From: the human T2T-CHM13v2.0 reference genome, Homo sapiens
NCBI RefSeq assembly: GCF_009914755.1
Contig: NC_060928.1
Strand: one strand, 5' to 3'
Length of the DNA stretch: 64,000 bases
Part shown: positions 51,854 to 64,000 of the stretch, piece after piece
Position numbering within the stretch: position 1 is the first letter of the stretch
Layout of the letters: each line of letters starts with the position of its first letter
Position numbers and translations under genes: made by a program
The notes under the pieces: generated by a model
What the model saw: the letters and a program-made list of their open reading frames with translations, nothing else
Database searches by the model: none
What the model was told of the DNA's origin: nothing

Positions 51854-52263
51854 TGTCTTAGTCGATTTGCATTGCTATAAAGGAATACCTGAGGCTGGGT
51901 AGTTCATAAAGAAAAGGGGTTTATTTGGCTCACAGTTCTGCAGGCTGTACAAGAAACATGGTGCCAGCATCTGCTTCTGGTGAGGGCTTCAGGAAGCTAC
52001 CACTCAAGGCAGAAGAGGAAGGGGAGCAGGCATCATCACATGGCAAGAGAGGAGGAAAGAGAGAGGGTAGGGAGGTGTCAGACTCTTATTAACTACCGTA
52101 TCTCATGGGATTTAAGAGAGAATTCATTCAATCCTGTGAGAATGGCACCAAGCCATTCATGAGAGAACTGTCCCCATCACCCAAACATCTTCCACCAGGC
52201 CCCACTTCCAATAATTGGGGATCAAATTTCAACAGGAGATATGGAGGGGACAAATATTTATCA
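51854..52263 (-). mobile_element. MaLR solo LTR (MSTA/MSTB-like), nested in an old L1M fragment (~51480-52950)
   Basis: TGTCTTAGTC...TTGCTATAAAGGAATACCTGAGGCTGGGTA...GGCTCACAGTTCTGCAGGCTGTACAAG; 5-bp TSD gtata / gtatg. Confidence 0.9.
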
Positions 52264-54380
52264 GTATGTGTCTGCTATATTTTACCTATGCACTCTCAGC
52301 AAGAGACAGTGAAGAACTTCAGTGATCACACCCACCAGCTTCCTGACTCCCTGTCATCACAAATAATGCTTCAGTGCACATTCTCATACATGTCCACTTA
52401 CAGACTTGAATGAGAATTTTGTTGGATATACAATCAGTTTATCAAAATCAATTTTGATAAACTACAGGACCTGCATATACCTAATTTGAAAAACTTGTGT
52501 TGGAATACTTTACAGAATGTCACTAGAAGTGCATGAGGGTTGCTATAACCCTATATTCTCTTCAAAACGAGCATTATTCATCTTTTGAATTTTTGCTAAT
52601 TTAATATGTATAAAGTTATATCTCATTTTAATTTGTAATTCTCTAATTACTAATCTTTCATATGCTTGTTAGCTTATTGGGTTTCCAATAAGCATATAAG
52701 CTTATTTTTATCCTTTGTTTCTTATTTTATTGTGTTATCTTTTACTCACTGATTTGCAATGCTTTCTTATATTTCCCAAATATTAATTCCTTGCCAGTTT
52801 TAGACATTTTAGGTATTAATAACATCTTTTCTTTTTCTGTCACTTATTTATTACCATTGAGTATGGTGTTCTTAGTTGATCAGAAGCCTTCAATTTTGAA
52901 ATAATCAAATGTATCCAGTTTTTGCCTTATGATTAGTCCTTTTGAAGTTTAGCATAAAACATACCCATCACACATCACCCTAGATTCTTCCTCTGTTCAT
53001 CTTTACTACAAAAATAAAAGTGATAGCTTCCTTCTTTGGGGCACTCATGATATTTACACATTTATGACTCATAAAAGCCTGTCTTAGTTATATATTTTAT
53101 GGGAATTTTACTGGTGACAGGTTGAAATGTGCTTTAAAACACATACATGTACTACAGATACCATCTTCAGCTTTGAGTCTACATGTCTGTATTTGTTTTA
53201 AGTTCAAAAGAGAATTCTCTGCTTATCCAAGAAGTAGTTTTTAATTTAATAAAATTATAAAGAAAATACAGTCTAGTAGTCTGTGTTACCCACATGGCAA
53301 TCTATCATTATTCTTAAGCACATTTTAGAACCTTTATTATTATTATTATTTTGCTTGCTAAGCATATGCTTTGAAACTTGTCATTCACTAACATTTTTTT
53401 TAAGATCTAAAAAGTCACTGCTAACTTCATGCTTTCTATAAGGAATTCTTATACAAAAGATGTGGTAGAGGAAAAAAAACACAACATTCTTCAGGGACTT
53501 AAAATCAGATTAGCAAGTCACATATAAATATTCACAGGGATATTCTCTCACCATTTAGCGTGACTTAGGAAGTATGAGAGTGAAACTTCTCTCTACTCAT
53601 ATATCCTTTGCAATATGTTAGAATAGTGAATTTGAAATGATCCAACTAAAAATATCCTCCTTCACATCACATGACTCTACTATTGAGGCTGCTGTGTTAT
53701 CTGAAATGTTGTGACCATATTTTACATTTTCTCAAAAATACAATCCTCAGTAGAGAATATTCTGTTGAGAAACACTTGGTTTCTTTCCATCAAACAGGGA
53801 TTTGGATTGTGGTCTCGGACTTTCTGTACTCAGCAGTTTTCAGATGAGATATCATTTGGCAGCAGATTCGAAAATTCTTTAGCATTTAAAGGTATCTTTA
53901 GCCTAACGCAAAGCCTTTCTGATTTCTTTATAAGACTTCAATTTTTACAAAGGAAAAGAAGTGTTACTCAACTCTCCAGGAAGTTTAATCAGTATGTTAA
54001 ACCCCCGTCATCAGAAATCTACCTATTTTAATATGTGAAATGTATTAAGCAGCACAGAAAAAAATGTGGGAAAGCACACAGATGTTCTACATATGGTTTT
54101 TAGTGGGTTCTTTGTTTTGTTGATCTTGTTTTTCATAATTCATCACCAATAATTAAAAATGGTTTGGCATGTTCTAATACAAGTCTCCACATATAGGTGG
54201 GTCCCACCCAAGCATGAACTGTTAAATTTGAACATTTTGTTTTATAAATGAAACTGGATCCTTTTGAATTTGTGTGGACTTTTTGATGCAATAAAGAAGA
54301 AAGATAGTTTTCTAGGAAAACCAAGCAAATCACTGATATCTTGCTGAAAATTTTAATCTGTCTTGTGCCATTGGCTCTAG

Positions 54381-54537
54381 GTGAAGAACTGTACGGTCTA
54401 TATCCACGATGACTCCATGTTTGAGCCAGAGGAACAGTTCAGGGTCTACCTCGGCCTTCCTCTTGGAAACCACTGGAGTGGAGCTAGAATTGGAAAGAAT
54501 AACATGGCCACCATCACCATATCCAATGATGAAGATG
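54381..54537 (+). CDS. FRAS1: FRAS1 exon (157 nt, phase 0->1), Calx-beta 4
   Basis: gctctag|GTG ... GATG|gtaaca; VKNCTVYIHDDSMFEPEEQFRVYLGLPLGNHWSGARIGKNNMATITISNDED. Not in the ORF track. Confidence 0.95.
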
Positions 54538-55540
54538 GTAACAGAAGAAATTATCTTTAGTTACTCTTAGGTTGAGGGGACATAAACTGATGTTTAACTA
54601 ATTATTAGTGTTTTGAAAAATAAAAGTGCTTTAAGAATGCCTACTGATAACATTCTCTGAATATTTATATAAAATGTTGGTGGCAAATGATCTCCCTCTA
54701 CAGAGATCCAAAAAATTCATAGGTATTTTTAATATCATTGTTCCCTACCACAGTGCTAGGAGATATGGACTGATTGTGGTCAAAAGCTGAGACAGAAATG
54801 CTAAGACAGAGAATAAAAGCCATTTAAGTCACTGTAGTTCAGGAGCAGGATTGGAAATACAGTTGGAATCAGTGGAATCCAATGAACTGGTTTAAAACAC
54901 TGCCACCTTCCTGGAAAAGTCTAATTTCTCAGTTTTCTTCTCTCTAATTGATTTGGCCTACTAACCTAAAAAAAAAAAACTTAAGCTCTATAGTCAGGTG
55001 TTAGCCAAGAATGACCCAGGCACCAGGGAAGACAAAACCTGTTTCAAACTGGGACATAATTGTTTCACTAAAATAGATATTTTAATGAGTGAATAGATAA
55101 TAATGTTACAAATAGTGATAGCTCTTTTTATTGAATACTGTATACCAAGAACTATGCTAAGCATATTATATTATCTTATTTAATACTGGAAGGAATTTCT
55201 TGAGGTTGGTGCTATTATTTCTATATTACGAATAAAGAAACTGAACCTCAGCAAAGCTATATAATTTGCACTCTTAGTTATACAGCTGTAAACAGCAAAC
55301 CTGGATGTGAACTTCATTCTGTCTGATTCTAGAATCTGTACTCTTAAGTATACTCTTAAGTGACTCTTAGGGTTTCTAGGGAAATATCAGTAACTAACTT
55401 GGACATTGGATAAAATAAGAAACTCCAGCCTCAAAGTTGAATTAGTCCTTGACCCCAGGAGACTCAAGTTCAGATCCCAAAGTGAACCTCTCCCAGGTAC
55501 ATAGAAAACCCATCATTGAGACTCAGACAAATAAGATTTA

Positions 55541-56104
<564 letters not shown>

Positions 56105-56419
56105 TTATGCTGTGCTGCAGTGACCCTCCTAGATTTCAAAGGGCATTCTTATTAAAAACTATAAAACCTCAAATGAGGCTTATCTTCTACAGTTAGGAAG
56201 ATTTGACTTTCTGAGAGGGAAAGAAACGGAAATAAATACAGAAAGTAGAAATTTCTGCCATATTCTATGATATACTCAAAATGGTATAAAAGTTATCATT
56301 ACTCTCAATTTTTCCATCTTTTTATCTCACTCTCTCTACCACCACCCCACCCTTCCCCATGAGATATAATAGAAAAGAAGGCATGATTTGAATTTTTTGG
56401 TAAAAATCAATATATTATT

Positions 56420-56637
56420 TTATTTATTTATTTATTTATTTGAGATGGAGTTTTGCTTTGTCGCCCAGGCTGGAGTGCAGTGGGGCAATTATGGCTCACT
56501 GTAGCCTCGACCACCAGGGCTCAAGTGACTCTCCCACCTCAACCTCCTGAGTAGCTGCGACCACAGGCACGTGCCAGCATGCCTGGCTATTTTTTAATTA
56601 TTTGTAGAGATGAGGTCTCACTATGTTGCCCAGGTTG
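56420..56637 (-). mobile_element. 5'-truncated Alu (AluJ-like) with (TTTA)n tail
   Basis: Right arm plus part of left arm; TSD AATATATTATT (56409-56419 and 56638-56648). Confidence 0.92.
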
Positions 56638-57296
56638 AATATATTATTAATCATTTCCTGGCAACAGGATTCCATTAGGAAATCTTGTGTTCCTGAGTTA
56701 CCCTTGTAGCCAGTCACTGAAAGCACCCATACTTACCTATATAGCTTGTAGGAAATTAAGAAAAGCTGAGGATGGGGAGGTGAGAGCACTAAGAGGAGGG
56801 GGTCCAAAGGACCAGAGGTGAGGGGTGGACTTGGTAAATTTAAGTAGTATATAAATGAGATAAATTATAAACCTTTGAAATTCATATCTCATGAATGAAA
56901 AGTTGATTTATGTGACAGGTATTTATCTAGGGCCTACTATGTCTCAGTCCCTTGATAAACTGTTCAAATTTTAAAACATTCTGTGAACTGTAGTGCCGAG
57001 ATGGAAACTTGGACATCATGAATTTCAAAGTCTCTACGAATAATTCCACCCATTATATTGTTTTTAATAAGGAACATGTGAGACATAACTCCTGCAGAAT
57101 CACAAATAAATAATTTTTTCCAAAGCATTGTTTAGCAGTAAATACTGATTGAGTTTTATGACTGCAAGCCATTTTGCCTTCATACTGTTAACTAATGTGA
57201 ACAATTTCTTCTTGTCATTATAAGGTGTTTTCCTGGGAGTCTGAATCCTTTGTGCTATTCTAACTGGCTCTTGTTTTCCTAACCACATTTTGTTAG

Positions 57297-57497
57297 CCCC
57301 CACCATTGAGTTTGAAGAAGCTGCATACCAAGTCCGGGAACCCGCAGGCCCAGATGCCATTGCGATTCTGAACATCAAGGTGATCCGCAGAGGGGATCAG
57401 AACAGGACCTCCAAGGTTCGCTGCAGCACGCGGGATGGCTCTGCCCAGTCTGGTGTGGATTATTACCCAAAGAGCCGAGTCTTGAAGTTCAGTCCCG
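57297..57497 (+). CDS. FRAS1: FRAS1 exon (201 nt, phase 1->1), Calx-beta 5 N-half
   Basis: tttgttag|CC ... CCCG|gtaatt; (A)PTIEFEEAAYQVREPAGPDAIAILNIKVIRRGDQNRTSKVRCSTRDGSAQSGVDYYPKSRVLKFSP. Confidence 0.95.
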
Positions 57498-58545
57498 GTA
57501 ATTGAATGCCAACCTCAATCTGTGGGTTTTACTTAATAGAGGGGCAAAAATCTTGTATTTGAAGAAAGGAATAAACAGATAAATGAAAAAGGAAAACAGT
57601 AGTTCCAATAGCTAAAGCATTTTTAAGCACACATTTGAGATTGCAGGTGAAATTTCTAATTCGTAAAAATGACATGGGGGAAAAAGAAATAGGTCTCTTA
57701 CTTTAGACCATGCTGGGCATTTTGGTTCATTTAAAAGAATTTTTTGTTAGCCTAAGATTTGGTTGAATGATAGGATCACTTGTTAAAAAAAAATACACAC
57801 GTAACTGGCACCATTCAACAAATATTGCTGAAAAGTGCTGTGCTGGGTCAGTCAAGGATTACTACATCTGAAAGGCACAATCCCTGTGTTCAAGTGGTTT
57901 AATATCTGCTAGGAAACAGGATACCCAGTTTTGGACTTTCCAAAACACAATTTATATGGAGATGAGTTTGGGAAAAGAGAGAGATGGCGTTCAGGTCATA
58001 GATCACAGCTTAAAGGTCTGTGATCTTCCACTATCCCCCTTTCGGAGGACATTTAAGTATTAATCTGATGGGGAGAATGAAACAGGAAAAGGGTTGAACT
58101 GTATGCTAGGTTTCTTCACAGAACTTTCTGAAATCTAACTGGTATAGATCCTGACACCATTTGCGACGTAGCCAGAGGAGGGCAACAGTGCTAGGAGAAC
58201 TTTTTAGAGCTGTCTTGGCAAGTGGAGGGAGAAAATGATGCCCTCAGAAATCATGGGGGTTGAAGGGGGAGGGTCTTTATTTTCTCTCCCCTCACCAGAG
58301 CTTTAAAGGGCTTCTGGCTCCATCCCATCTGTGTCTGACTGATGTTTGCTGGAAAGCTAGATGCCCTCCTTCCATATCTCAAGATGGAACTGTCTTTCAC
58401 TTTTTACTTTTCCGCATAAAGATCTGGGGAAAGGATAGGTCTAGAAGGAACTTAACCCGGATGTCTGTAGACTAAAAAAGGGGCTTTAACTTCAATGAGG
58501 TATTTGCACCTTCAGAAACTCACCTTACAAAAAAAGAAGTGGGTC

Positions 58546-64000
<5,455 letters not shown>

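Overview
This is primate (very likely human) genomic DNA covering the middle of FRAS1 (Fraser extracellular matrix complex subunit 1) on the + strand. I traced 20 consecutive GT-AG coding exons (3078-57497; 3651 nt). They splice into one open frame encoding the later CSPG/NG2 (cadherin-like) repeats and the Calx-beta domains. From memory of the RefSeq model these are about exons 42-61 (c.5666-9316); I could not check that numbering. The introns hold ordinary mammalian repeats: Alu, L1PA/L1PB/L1MA/L1M, L2, MIR, MaLR LTRs and MER/Tigger DNA transposons. Most ORFs in the supplied track are spurious or decayed L1 pieces. I found no new prokaryote-style system. The most notable structures are: intronic read-through/polyadenylation sites that would give secreted truncated FRAS1; two large inverted L1PA copies bracketing two exons; a twin-primed L1MA; an orphan 33-bp Alu fragment matching a neighbouring Alu; a sense Alu whose linker has become a splice-acceptor-like tract; and a small degenerate minisatellite. 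Repeat subfamily calls are by eye, and boundaries of old repeats are approximate.
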